Program-made: the position numbers and the translations under genes
Shown here: one piece after another, positions 29,668 to 38,804 of the stretch
How the letters are laid out: the number at the start of each line of letters is the position of its first letter
Position numbering within the stretch: the first letter of the stretch is position 1
Origin: an uncultured Lachnospiraceae bacterium
GTDB taxonomy: Bacteria; Bacillota; Clostridia; Lachnospirales; Lachnospiraceae
DNA length: 64,000 nt
NCBI GenBank assembly: GCA_964507745.1
Contig: CAZDRM010000001.1
Location: 1,999 to 65,998 of the forward strand
Direction: 5' to 3'
Notes under the pieces: model-generated
Seen by the model: the letters and a program-made list of their open reading frames with translations, nothing else
Databases searched by the model: none
What the model was told of the DNA's origin: nothing

Positions 29668-30942
29668 CTATCTGTCAAGGGTATTTCTTTCACTCCAATC
29701 CCAATCATGTTCAATATAAGTAATCGCTCCTCCCGGCAACGTGGGCAATATATCAAATTCTGCGGCATGTCTAAAAACATCTATCGGCTCAGTGGTATGC
29801 TCCTTCAATATAAAATCAATAAAATATTTGTGTTGCATTAATAATACCTTTTTCAATCTGAACAATACTTTGCCGTCTTTACTGATATTTACCGCTTCCC
29901 CCGGTTCAAAATTAGTATTGGTGGCATAACAATAAATATAATCATATTCACGAATCACATCAATAGCAAAATACGCATCCTTAACAGGTTCATTGACTTT
30001 ATAAGTTGCTTCTATCAAAATATCATCGCCCATATTAAACTGTTGTTGCTCTTCATAATTACTATTTAATACCCTTACTTCCTGAAAAACGACCTTTTGA
30101 TTTCCTTCTCTTCCGCTTTCTTTTTGGCAATTCTCTTCTACTTCTTCAGTCGGTTTCTCCTCTTGCTCTTGTTTTGAGTTAGGGGTAACGCTGCTCTTAT
30201 TTTTCTCTGCCCCCATATATTCCAGATATTTTCTATGAACCTTTCTTGTGTCCCCATCTGCCTTTATCAAGCCTTTTTCAATCCAAACAGTTCTTTCACA
30301 AATAGCTTCTATCTGACCTAATGAATGGGAAACAATAACAATCGTTACCCCACTATCTTTAATTTCTTTCATTTTTTTAAAACACTTTTCCTGAAAATTT
30401 GTATCTCCGACTGCCAAGATCTCATCAATCAACAAAATCTCCGCATCTACATTAATTGCAACGGAAAAAGCCAGACGCATATACATTCCGGAGGAATAGG
30501 TGCGAACGGGATTATCAATATAATCTCCTAATTCGGAAAATTCTATGATATCATTAACCCGCTTATCAATTTCTTTTTTGGATAACCCAAAAATAGATGC
30601 ATTGATATAAATATTTTCTCTTCCGCTCATATCAGGATGAAAGCCGGCACCTAATTCAATCAGACTGGATACCCGGCCCTTCATCTCAATGCTTCCGCTG
30701 TCAGGATACATGATTTTCGTTAAAAGTTTTAAAGTAGTACTCTTCCCACACCCGTTTCTTCCAATCAAACCGATGGCTTCGCCTTTTTTAACCTCAAAGC
30801 TGATTCCCTTCAATACCTGACGGTTTTCATAACGTCTTCTGTTACCATGAATCACAAAATCTTTCACATTATTACTTCGGTCAAAATATACCTTAAAGGC
30901 TTTTGTTATATCCTTTACTTCTATAGCATTTCCTTCTTTCAT
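29668..30942 (-). CDS. wzt: Polysaccharide ABC exporter ATPase with C-terminal Wzt_C domain
   Basis: Walker A GRNGCGKST, YSSGMYMRLAF, DEILAVGD, about 170-aa C-terminal extension. Confidence 0.93.
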   Translation of the reverse strand: MKEGNAIEVKDITKAFKVYFDRSNNVKDFVIHGNRRRYENRQVLKGISFEVKKGEAIGLIGRNGCGKSTTLKLLTKIMYPDSGSIEMKGRVSSLIELGAGFHPDMSGRENIYINASIFGLSKKEIDKRVNDIIEFSELGDYIDNPVRTYSSGMYMRLAFSVAINVDAEILLIDEILAVGDTNFQEKCFKKMKEIKDSGVTIVIVSHSLGQIEAICERTVWIEKGLIKADGDTRKVHRKYLEYMGAEKNKSSVTPNSKQEQEEKPTEEVEENCQKESGREGNQKVVFQEVRVLNSNYEEQQQFNMGDDILIEATYKVNEPVKDAYFAIDVIREYDYIYCYATNTNFEPGEAVNISKDGKVLFRLKKVLLMQHKYFIDFILKEHTTEPIDVFRHAAEFDILPTLPGGAITYIEHDWDWSERNTLDR

Positions 30943-30967
30943 TACAAAACCTCCGTAAAATGTTTTT
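30938..30967. repeat. Left copy of duplicated wzm/wzt junction
   Basis: 28/30 identical to 36038-36067. Confidence 0.8.
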
Positions 30968-31041
30968 CAATTTACAAAACATATGCCTATTATACCCTTT
31001 TTTATTGTTTCAGTCCACATTATCTTCCGGCATATTTATTG

Positions 31042-31070
31042 TTGACAAATAATTTTACCGCAAATATGAT
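31042..31070 (+). promoter_or_regulatory. Sigma-70/SigA-type promoter for the plus-strand acyltransferase
   Basis: TTGACA-17 bp-TATGAT. Confidence 0.7.
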
Positions 31071-31142
31071 TATCTTAATAAATCTTTATAAATATGGACT
31101 TTTAGACAATATTTTACAAATTTGCAGAAAGAGGCAGCTGAC

Positions 31143-32279
31143 ATGGACAAAACCGACTACAGATTCAAATTTTTATATCTCATAGGCATCATATCCATTA
31201 TTATCAGCCATTGCGGTTCTGGCAGAATAGACCTGTTATATAACTGGTTTCCCTTTAATTCCTTTTTTCTTGCGCTCTTTGCCTTTACATCCGGTTATTT
31301 TTTCCGTGAGAGCCAAACGGAACATGCAGTAAAATACATTACGTATAAATTCAAAAAACTGATCATCCCGTTATATATATACAATTTATTTTATGGAATA
31401 CTGGTAGTTTTCCTGAGACAATTTGGTTTTACCATCGGCAACGAATTCTCTTTGCATAATTTACTGATAGAGCCCATAAAAACCGGACATCAGTTTGCAT
31501 ATAATCTTCCTTGCTGGTTTGTAATACCCCTATTTATGATAGAAGTGTTTTTTATTCTGTTCTATAAACTGCTAAAAATATGCCGCTTAAAAATAAATAA
31601 CTGGTTCCTTTCTTTATTTGCCCTTAGCCTGGGGCTTATAGGCGTTTATATTGCCAAATGCGGTTATAACACCGGCTGGTGGCTGGTTTTAACAAGATTC
31701 TTGTATTTTGTTCCTTTTTACAGTCTTGGAATATTGTATAAAAATAAATTGGAGAAATTAGACACCGCTCCGAATATTCTGTATTTCTCTTTCATTTTTA
31801 TAGTACAGCTGCTGATTATTACTGTTTGTGGATACCCCATATCTTACAGTATTGTCTGGTGTAATAATTTTTCAAATAATATCTTTATGCCTTTCGTCAT
31901 AGGATTGACCGGCATTGCTTTCTGGTTCAGAATCGGCAGGATATTGGTTCCGGTGCTAAAGGACAGCAAATGCCTGAAAATCATAACTGATAACTCCTAT
32001 TCCATTATGGCTAATCAGATAATGGGATTTATGTTTGTAAAAACAGTTTTTGCAATATTGTCCCAATATACCACATTGTGCAACGGTTTTGATATGATAG
32101 GATACAAAACCGACATTTGGTACTTTTACCGCCCTAAAGATATTTTCCAATGGGAAATCCTATACATAATCGCCGGAATTACAATACCCATCATTATTCA
32201 GTTCTGTATTAACAAAATAAAAAACATCATTGCTGTACAATACAGAAATCTAAAAGAAACCATCATAAAAAATAAATGA
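31143..32279 (+). CDS. Acyltransferase-3 family protein
   Basis: IISH, LFAFTSGYFF, K.KKLIIP, WFVIPLF, about 10 TMs; ATG at 31143 after GAGG; only plus-strand gene. Confidence 0.85.
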   Translation: MDKTDYRFKFLYLIGIISIIISHCGSGRIDLLYNWFPFNSFFLALFAFTSGYFFRESQTEHAVKYITYKFKKLIIPLYIYNLFYGILVVFLRQFGFTIGNEFSLHNLLIEPIKTGHQFAYNLPCWFVIPLFMIEVFFILFYKLLKICRLKINNWFLSLFALSLGLIGVYIAKCGYNTGWWLVLTRFLYFVPFYSLGILYKNKLEKLDTAPNILYFSFIFIVQLLIITVCGYPISYSIVWCNNFSNNIFMPFVIGLTGIAFWFRIGRILVPVLKDSKCLKIITDNSYSIMANQIMGFMFVKTVFAILSQYTTLCNGFDMIGYKTDIWYFYRPKDIFQWEILYIIAGITIPIIIQFCINKIKNIIAVQYRNLKETIIKNK

Positions 32280-32302
32280 ACGCTTTCATTTGACGTGTAC
32301 CA

Positions 32303-35300
32303 TTATATCAGGCTTCGATACAACTTATATATTTTATCCCCCGTGGCATACCATGAAGTTTCTTTCACATACCGGTCAACAGCTTCCGTATAGGTATCTG
32401 CGGCGGTCTTATCACTCATCAGGATTTTGACTGCATCCGCTATCAGTTCCCCTTCCGCTGACTCTATCTGATAAGTGCATTCTTTAAATTCGTCAAAAAT
32501 CGGCTGTCTGGTGGTAATGATTGGCCGCTTAGCCGCCATGCAGAATCTGATTGCCCCGCTTGCCGACTCTTTTGTGGGCTTATAGGGCATTACCAACATA
32601 TCACATGCCTGAAGGCGCCCCATGGATTCCTCATTAGGCAGGAAATCGGTAATAAATTTGACATTATCCTGCACGCCTAAACGCTCCGTCTCTGCCACAC
32701 ACTCATTATAATATTCTGTAGAATCAACGCTCTCATGAAGCGCGCAGACCGGCATATATAGTATATGCGGAAATTCTTCTTTTAAAATTGCCACCGCCTG
32801 TATGACTTCTTTAATGCCTTTGTGGGGCAGGAAAAACCCATAACTGCCTATTACCGGACTCGCAGATATTTTCTGCTGTTTCTGTACGAATTTTGCGCTT
32901 ATTCCGGAATATACAATCTGTCCATGATTAATTACATGAATGATTTTTTCATTTATTCCGTAACCGCATAGCAGCTCCTTATCTTTTTCCTGATGCACAA
33001 TCAATGCGGCGCACAGATTAAGCTGCTTTCTAATAGAACGCAGACTGACAGACTGCCCGTTGATTTCGGCGTCTTCCGTTTTATGGAAGGTAATTACTAT
33101 TTTCTTTTCTTGGTGCAGCTGTTTTATTGCCGCCGCCAAATCAGCCAATATGAAAAAACCGTAATTAAACTGGAAATGAACGATGTCTGAGGAATCATTT
33201 CTTACCATTCTTATCAGCTCAGCTATATCTCCCTTTTTAATATTCCCCCATACTCTCTTTGCCACAAAAGGCTCGTCCCTTGCAATTGTCCTGGAAGTAT
33301 AGTCAGGGTATATCCGGTACTCCACATTTTGCATAGTTGCTTCTACTTCCATTTTGGTGTATTCCGCAACTCCGCATTTACTGTTCCATGTGGTAACCAT
33401 GGAAACCCTGGGTCGCACCTGCTTTTCCTTAACCTCTTCTATAAAGTCCAGCCATCTCCCTGCAACGGCTTCCCATGTAAATCCGGTGCTGATCAGATCA
33501 TATGCTTTTTGTATCTTATCATCCAGTTCAAGCTTTTCCCTCTCAAAAGCAAAATCCCTGAACCGGGAAACCAATTCCTCTTTTTTGGGCTCAAACCACA
33601 TGGAAATCTTGCCCTTTCCGTTTTGGGTAACATGAGTATCCGCTGGCGTCTGTTCAAAGCCTACTAAAAGAGCATTCTCTTCATTGCAAAAATCAGCCAT
33701 GCCGCTGTTTGCGCTGACAATGACGGGAATCCTTGCCAGCATGGCTTCCGCCACCGGAAGCCCGAATCCCTCTCCTCTTGCCGTCTGCACATAGCAGTCC
33801 ACAGCCTTATAGAGCCTGTTCAGTTCCTCATCCGACAGGTCGCAGTTTATCCACTCAACCTCAGGTCCCTCCGGATAACGGCTGCGCAGTTCCTTTAAAA
33901 TTTCTTCCACGTTATTATGGGGATTGGAAAAAGTCTTTAATACAAGACATACATCATCAGCCTTTGTAAAGGCTTCAAAATAACCTTCCAAAAGCACGTC
34001 CACGCCTTTTCTGGGAAATGCCGAACTGATATGCAGAAATTTTGTTCCCTTCCTGGTCTTAAGAGGATAGGGCTTTAACTGTTCAAAATTCCGAACCAGC
34101 TGTACTCCTATTCCCATGGTCTTTACAGGTATTTTTATTCCGTTTTCTATGAGAATATCGGTAACGTAATCCGTCATTGTGCCGATTCCGCTTAAATACT
34201 TATTGAAATTATCGATATAATTGCCGGGAATAACGCTTTCTTCCCAGCCGAACGCCTGAAAATTGAGACCGCCCGTCACATCCGCCACTCTGGGCGGGTA
34301 CATATTCCTGATGGTAATATCCGGATAAGTAACTCCTTTGGATTTTTCCCATAACCGGCGGGCATGGGGCTTATCCTTCAAATCCTCCTCTTTAGGAGTA
34401 TAATCCCCCGGTCCCTCGGTACAATAAATAGAGATATTATCCTCTTTATCAATATCGTCTATGGCTTCCATCAGCTTCCGGTTCACAATTGCCAGACTGT
34501 AGGAGGATTCAAATGGTCCCTGAAGCTGTATGTTACGTTTTCTCTTTCCGCTCAGAATATTATCAATGATTTTGAAGAAAATTTCTTCCGTATTCATCTC
34601 TTCCAGCTGTTGGATGCGTACCATCTGCCGTTCCACAATTTTCTGGTACAAATCGGAATCCGTTAACACCTCATTGCACAAGGCTCCGATATAGGCATAA
34701 TTTTTTTCATGAACCAGAATACCTGCGCCGTTCATGGTTTCCGGAATAGCGGAAGAACAATAGGATATTACCGGGACGCCCATTTTCATAGCCTCCAGCA
34801 AAGGAACTCCAAAGCCCTCGTGCTCGCTCATGCACAAAAATAAATCTGCCATTTCATAATAAGCCTTCAATTCTTGTTCGCTTACCTTGCCTGTAAAAAA
34901 CACCTTGCTTTCCACGGCATAGTCCCGGCAGATTCCCTTTAATTCATTTATATAGCCTTCCATGCTGTCATCGCCCACAATAAACAGCCTGCTGTCCTCA
35001 TTATAATAGTTGTTGTAAACGGCAAAAGCATGGAGAATATCCTTCTGGCATTTATTAGGGACCACCCTGCCTACAAATATAATATTTTTATAGTTTTCAT
35101 GGTCTTTTGCAACAGAAGCTTCTGACTGAACATGATCAAAGCGGTCCAAAGAAATCTGTATGGGCATAACGTCCACATTCTCATATCCCATTCCCAGCAG
35201 TTCTTTTCTGTTGTAATTGGAGTCGGCAATGGCGTAATCCACATACCTCCTATATTCTTTAGCCTGCCACAGGCCCTGACGAATTGCTTTTTTAAGCCCT

Positions 35301-35599
35301 TCATCTTCAAAGAAATGTTCCGGCGTTATATTATGATAAATCAACGCCTTTTTATCGGGAAGCCCGATAATTTTATCAAAGCAGTTCATTCCCATAGAAT
35401 GATGAACAAAAAGAATGCCATCCTTATTTCCTTTATATTTCTGAATGGGTTTTATTTTGTCCGAAAGCCTTTCATCTATATATTCTGCATATATTTCTGA
35501 TTCATACCCTCTGCTGATGAGCAGTTCCCGGAGTTCAAGCATCATATTGGTTATGGCGTCGCCCACTGTGGTTCCTGAATGAAATTGATTAATCTGCAT
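32303..35599 (-). CDS. Multidomain glycosyltransferase with three GT4 modules
   Basis: GDAITN/HNITP/EHEGFGVPLLEAM; FPRKG/GEGFGLPVAEAM; WNSKCGVAEY/GFFLPHKG/ESASGA. Confidence 0.9.
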   Translation of the reverse strand: MQINQFHSGTTVGDAITNMMLELRELLISRGYESEIYAEYIDERLSDKIKPIQKYKGNKDGILFVHHSMGMNCFDKIIGLPDKKALIYHNITPEHFFEDEGLKKAIRQGLWQAKEYRRYVDYAIADSNYNRKELLGMGYENVDVMPIQISLDRFDHVQSEASVAKDHENYKNIIFVGRVVPNKCQKDILHAFAVYNNYYNEDSRLFIVGDDSMEGYINELKGICRDYAVESKVFFTGKVSEQELKAYYEMADLFLCMSEHEGFGVPLLEAMKMGVPVISYCSSAIPETMNGAGILVHEKNYAYIGALCNEVLTDSDLYQKIVERQMVRIQQLEEMNTEEIFFKIIDNILSGKRKRNIQLQGPFESSYSLAIVNRKLMEAIDDIDKEDNISIYCTEGPGDYTPKEEDLKDKPHARRLWEKSKGVTYPDITIRNMYPPRVADVTGGLNFQAFGWEESVIPGNYIDNFNKYLSGIGTMTDYVTDILIENGIKIPVKTMGIGVQLVRNFEQLKPYPLKTRKGTKFLHISSAFPRKGVDVLLEGYFEAFTKADDVCLVLKTFSNPHNNVEEILKELRSRYPEGPEVEWINCDLSDEELNRLYKAVDCYVQTARGEGFGLPVAEAMLARIPVIVSANSGMADFCNEENALLVGFEQTPADTHVTQNGKGKISMWFEPKKEELVSRFRDFAFEREKLELDDKIQKAYDLISTGFTWEAVAGRWLDFIEEVKEKQVRPRVSMVTTWNSKCGVAEYTKMEVEATMQNVEYRIYPDYTSRTIARDEPFVAKRVWGNIKKGDIAELIRMVRNDSSDIVHFQFNYGFFILADLAAAIKQLHQEKKIVITFHKTEDAEINGQSVSLRSIRKQLNLCAALIVHQEKDKELLCGYGINEKIIHVINHGQIVYSGISAKFVQKQQKISASPVIGSYGFFLPHKGIKEVIQAVAILKEEFPHILYMPVCALHESVDSTEYYNECVAETERLGVQDNVKFITDFLPNEESMGRLQACDMLVMPYKPTKESASGAIRFCMAAKRPIITTRQPIFDEFKECTYQIESAEGELIADAVKILMSDKTAADTYTEAVDRYVKETSWYATGDKIYKLYRSLI

Positions 35600-36002
35600 T
35601 ACTTTCTCCCTTGTCCTCCTTCTGATATTTCGTCAGCATTAATTCCTGCAGCTCAACCATCCCTGACAAGGTCTGCATAACCGTTTCATTAATCTGATTC
35701 TGCTGTTGATAATAGGATGCAAAAATCCATCTTGTCATTTTGCGGTAAACCTTTTTGACAAACACAATAATTTTTCCGATTATCGGACGATTCGACGTAA
35801 TGGGTCTTTCCACAATAGCATAAGATCGCTTTAGTTTATGCAGATTTGCGGATATATCAATAAGAATCTGCTTCTCATAATCACGACTGCTTTCAGTTTC
35901 AAAACCAAAAAAGCGCTTCGGAATCTCTTTTTTTAAGGCGCTTATTTTGACTCTTCTTATCAGTTCTTCAGAATCCATAATCCCCGGATCTATTTCTATC
36001 AT
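35589..36002 (-). CDS. Small hypothetical protein, GT4-associated paralog 2
   Basis: ITSNRPIIGKIIVFVKKVYRK..RW...YYQQQNQIN. Confidence 0.75.
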   Translation of the reverse strand: MIEIDPGIMDSEELIRRVKISALKKEIPKRFFGFETESSRDYEKQILIDISANLHKLKRSYAIVERPITSNRPIIGKIIVFVKKVYRKMTRWIFASYYQQQNQINETVMQTLSGMVELQELMLTKYQKEDKGESNAD

Positions 36003-36037
36003 TGTTTACCTCCTGAATCAATCATAATCGCATTACC

Positions 36038-36067
36038 TTCATTACAGAACCTCCGCAAAATGTTTTT
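36038..36067. repeat. Right copy of duplicated wzm/wzt junction (true wzm 3' end)
   Basis: Matches 30938-30967 at an offset of exactly 5100 bp. Confidence 0.8.
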
Positions 36068-36818
36068 TCAGCTTACCAAATGAAAACCAACCGATAAAAA
36101 GCATAACTATTCCCATAATCGTTCCCAGAATAAACGTATGGAGCTCCGGCGCCTGCTTGTAGTATAAAACATCTCTGTAAGCCGCAATGATAGGCGTCAT
36201 GGGATTTAAATAGAAAACTCCCCGGAATTTTTCCGGCACCATATCCACAGAGTACATGACCGGGCTTAAAAACTGCCACGCCATTAAAACAATATTCAGT
36301 AGAAACTGCATATCCCTGAAATAAACCGTTATGCCGGAAAACAAAAGGGTCAGTCCAAAAGCTAAAAGAGTTTCCTGTAATATGATAACCGGCAGATACC
36401 ACCATACGGCAAGATTGATCCCTTTTCCCGCTATGATCAAAACCGCTATGACAACAATAAATGACAGAAGCATATTGATCAGCTGGCTGAGCACATGAGA
36501 AACAGGAAGCACTTCTCTGGGAAAATATATTTTATTTACCAGACTCTGCTGACTGATAATGCAGCCGGCGCCGCCTCCCACGGAAGTGGAAAAAAATGTC
36601 CACGGAACCAGCGCCACAAACAGGAAAAGATAGTAATCCTCGATTCCCGCCCGCATAATAACCGAAAACACAAAGGTATATACGATCAGCTGCAAAAGCG
36701 GGTTTAAAAAGGTCCATAAAAATCCTAACACGGACCCTTTATACCTGCCTCTTAAATCTCTCTTTACCAGACTGGAAATCATCGTACGATAATCCCAGAT
36801 TTCCTTGAACAATTTCAT
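36042..36818 (-). CDS. wzm: Polysaccharide ABC exporter permease
   Basis: RDLRGRYKGSVLGFLWTFLNPL, KIYFPRE, RD, LNPM, HFAEVL. Confidence 0.93.
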   Translation of the reverse strand: MKLFKEIWDYRTMISSLVKRDLRGRYKGSVLGFLWTFLNPLLQLIVYTFVFSVIMRAGIEDYYLFLFVALVPWTFFSTSVGGGAGCIISQQSLVNKIYFPREVLPVSHVLSQLINMLLSFIVVIAVLIIAGKGINLAVWWYLPVIILQETLLAFGLTLLFSGITVYFRDMQFLLNIVLMAWQFLSPVMYSVDMVPEKFRGVFYLNPMTPIIAAYRDVLYYKQAPELHTFILGTIMGIVMLFIGWFSFGKLKKHFAEVL

Positions 36819-36821
36819 GTT

Positions 36822-38771
36822 TTATAAACCATACTCTTTCATTATATTACGAAATTCCTGAGAATTGGAAAATCCCTGCAGCACCTGATCCCTTGTCATG
36901 GCGCCGGAATCCAGTTTATTTAACCAATCATAATATCCCTGTATATCGTATTCCCTGCCTAAGAATGTTCTGTAAAGTACCTTAATATACTCCGCATTGC
37001 TTAAGTTTTTATTCAAAAACTCCTGAGAGTGGAAAAAGCCTATAGTAGCTGCATCCGTTACAGTCCATTTTTTGTCAAGGATACGGTCGCACCAATCGTT
37101 TAGGCCGCTGATGTCATATCCTCTTCCCAAGGCTTTTGTATACATACGGGCTACAAAGCTTGTAAGACCGGGATTGCGGTCGCGTCCCTGAACCTTTTTG
37201 ACAGTTCCTCTTGTGATTCCGTAGAAGGCACATAAATCATTAAACTCTTTCGATTCCGCAAAGCCCTTAAAGATACCTTCCCTGGTAACCCCTGACTGCA
37301 TGCATCCCAGCCAATAAGCTTTGCCGCCGGAGTCCGCATTACGATCCAGCATAACCCTATACAACAAATCAACAAACTCACTGTCGCTTAAATTGCGGTT
37401 CCTCAATTCCGGGCTGAAGAAAAATCCATAAGCCACATCTGCGCCGCCTCTTCTTTTGCTGACCAGAGAATTCTTCCAGTCAATCAGTCCTTCATCATCA
37501 GGCTGCCGTCCAAAACAGAGTGTGTATAATCTGGTTACAAAAGATGTGACCAGATCGTCATTGGTTGCCTGATCGTCGGTTCCTCCCAGATATCCCGCCG
37601 CGTCAAAGAATTCAACATTATATGAAATAATTACATCTTTCCCTTTCTTATCTTTGATTCCGCTGATAGCTACACTATAAACGCCGGAAAGATTTCCTGT
37701 TCCGCAGGTTGCTGTACCGGGCTTAAAAATAATGGCGTTGCTCTCCCCTGCCGCCTCAAAATTAACATTGAAATAAGGCTTTGTTATATCAAAGCGGTCT
37801 GTCGTGTTATCTGCCGCCGTAAACTTCTGAACTTTTCCGTTGGGTAAAGTAAGTGAAACCTTTACATTGTTTATATTCATTTTGCTGACATCAAACTTGT
37901 CCGGATTCAAAGTAACCGACCAGGGCGTATCTCCCTGACAGAATTCCTGAGGGAAGTTTCCTGATGCAGGCCATGAAATGAAATCATAGTCCGGCGGCAA
38001 TACTCCCTTGTCCTCAACATACATAACGGCATAAGCCATATTGCTCTTATTTGTAGCATATCCGAAACCGGTGGATCCCATCCTGGGATCTAAAATCCAT
38101 CTTCTATGCCCCACATTTCCCAGATTACCGGGCGCTTTATCTTCCATAAAGTTCTGGGTAAACCACGCAAGACTTCTCCATGACTCATAAGATCCGCTGG
38201 CAATATTGCTCTTCTGGGTGGCTGTTCTTCCCGCCACATAAAAATTATTATCCATGCCGGAGGGCTGAGAAGGATAATTGTCCAATGTATTATTTGCCGC
38301 TAATATTACCGCTCCCTGCTGAGCCTGAGAGGTATATACAGGATTATATCCTACGGAAGGCAGTCCGGCTATCATACGCATCATATTAACGCTTTCTACT
38401 GCTTTCTGTAAATGGATTGTTGACAACACCCCCGCCGAATAGGGCTTGGTTACAACCGGAGTGGTCTGGTAGAATGTATAATTCAGCCCATAGCTGTACA
38501 GATTCCTGTACTGACTGGCAATGGTAAATTTACTGGGCTTGGCCAGGGATAAGTCTCCACTGTAGGAATATACTTTCTCCTCTTCCATAACCACATCGTT
38601 TTCCGAAAGGCTGTTTTCAGAAACACCTGTAGGCGTTACTATCACATTTTCCCCGTTGGCCGCAATCATTTCTTTCGCGTTTTCCGGTTCGGATGCGGCC
38701 AGAACCGGTGTGGTAATGGATGTTCCCAGCAATATTGCTGCAAGCATACAGGAAACAAGTCTTTTTCTCAT
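36822..38771 (-). CDS. Secreted CAP-domain protein with C-terminal DUF4214-type repeats
   Basis: Signal peptide, VNMMRMIAGL, GHRRWIL; tail FVTRLY..CFGRQPD..G..W / S.EF. Confidence 0.85.
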   Translation of the reverse strand: MRKRLVSCMLAAILLGTSITTPVLAASEPENAKEMIAANGENVIVTPTGVSENSLSENDVVMEEEKVYSYSGDLSLAKPSKFTIASQYRNLYSYGLNYTFYQTTPVVTKPYSAGVLSTIHLQKAVESVNMMRMIAGLPSVGYNPVYTSQAQQGAVILAANNTLDNYPSQPSGMDNNFYVAGRTATQKSNIASGSYESWRSLAWFTQNFMEDKAPGNLGNVGHRRWILDPRMGSTGFGYATNKSNMAYAVMYVEDKGVLPPDYDFISWPASGNFPQEFCQGDTPWSVTLNPDKFDVSKMNINNVKVSLTLPNGKVQKFTAADNTTDRFDITKPYFNVNFEAAGESNAIIFKPGTATCGTGNLSGVYSVAISGIKDKKGKDVIISYNVEFFDAAGYLGGTDDQATNDDLVTSFVTRLYTLCFGRQPDDEGLIDWKNSLVSKRRGGADVAYGFFFSPELRNRNLSDSEFVDLLYRVMLDRNADSGGKAYWLGCMQSGVTREGIFKGFAESKEFNDLCAFYGITRGTVKKVQGRDRNPGLTSFVARMYTKALGRGYDISGLNDWCDRILDKKWTVTDAATIGFFHSQEFLNKNLSNAEYIKVLYRTFLGREYDIQGYYDWLNKLDSGAMTRDQVLQGFSNSQEFRNIMKEYGL

Positions 38772-38804
38772 GTCAACATTCCTCCATTCATTTTGATGAT
38801 TTGT

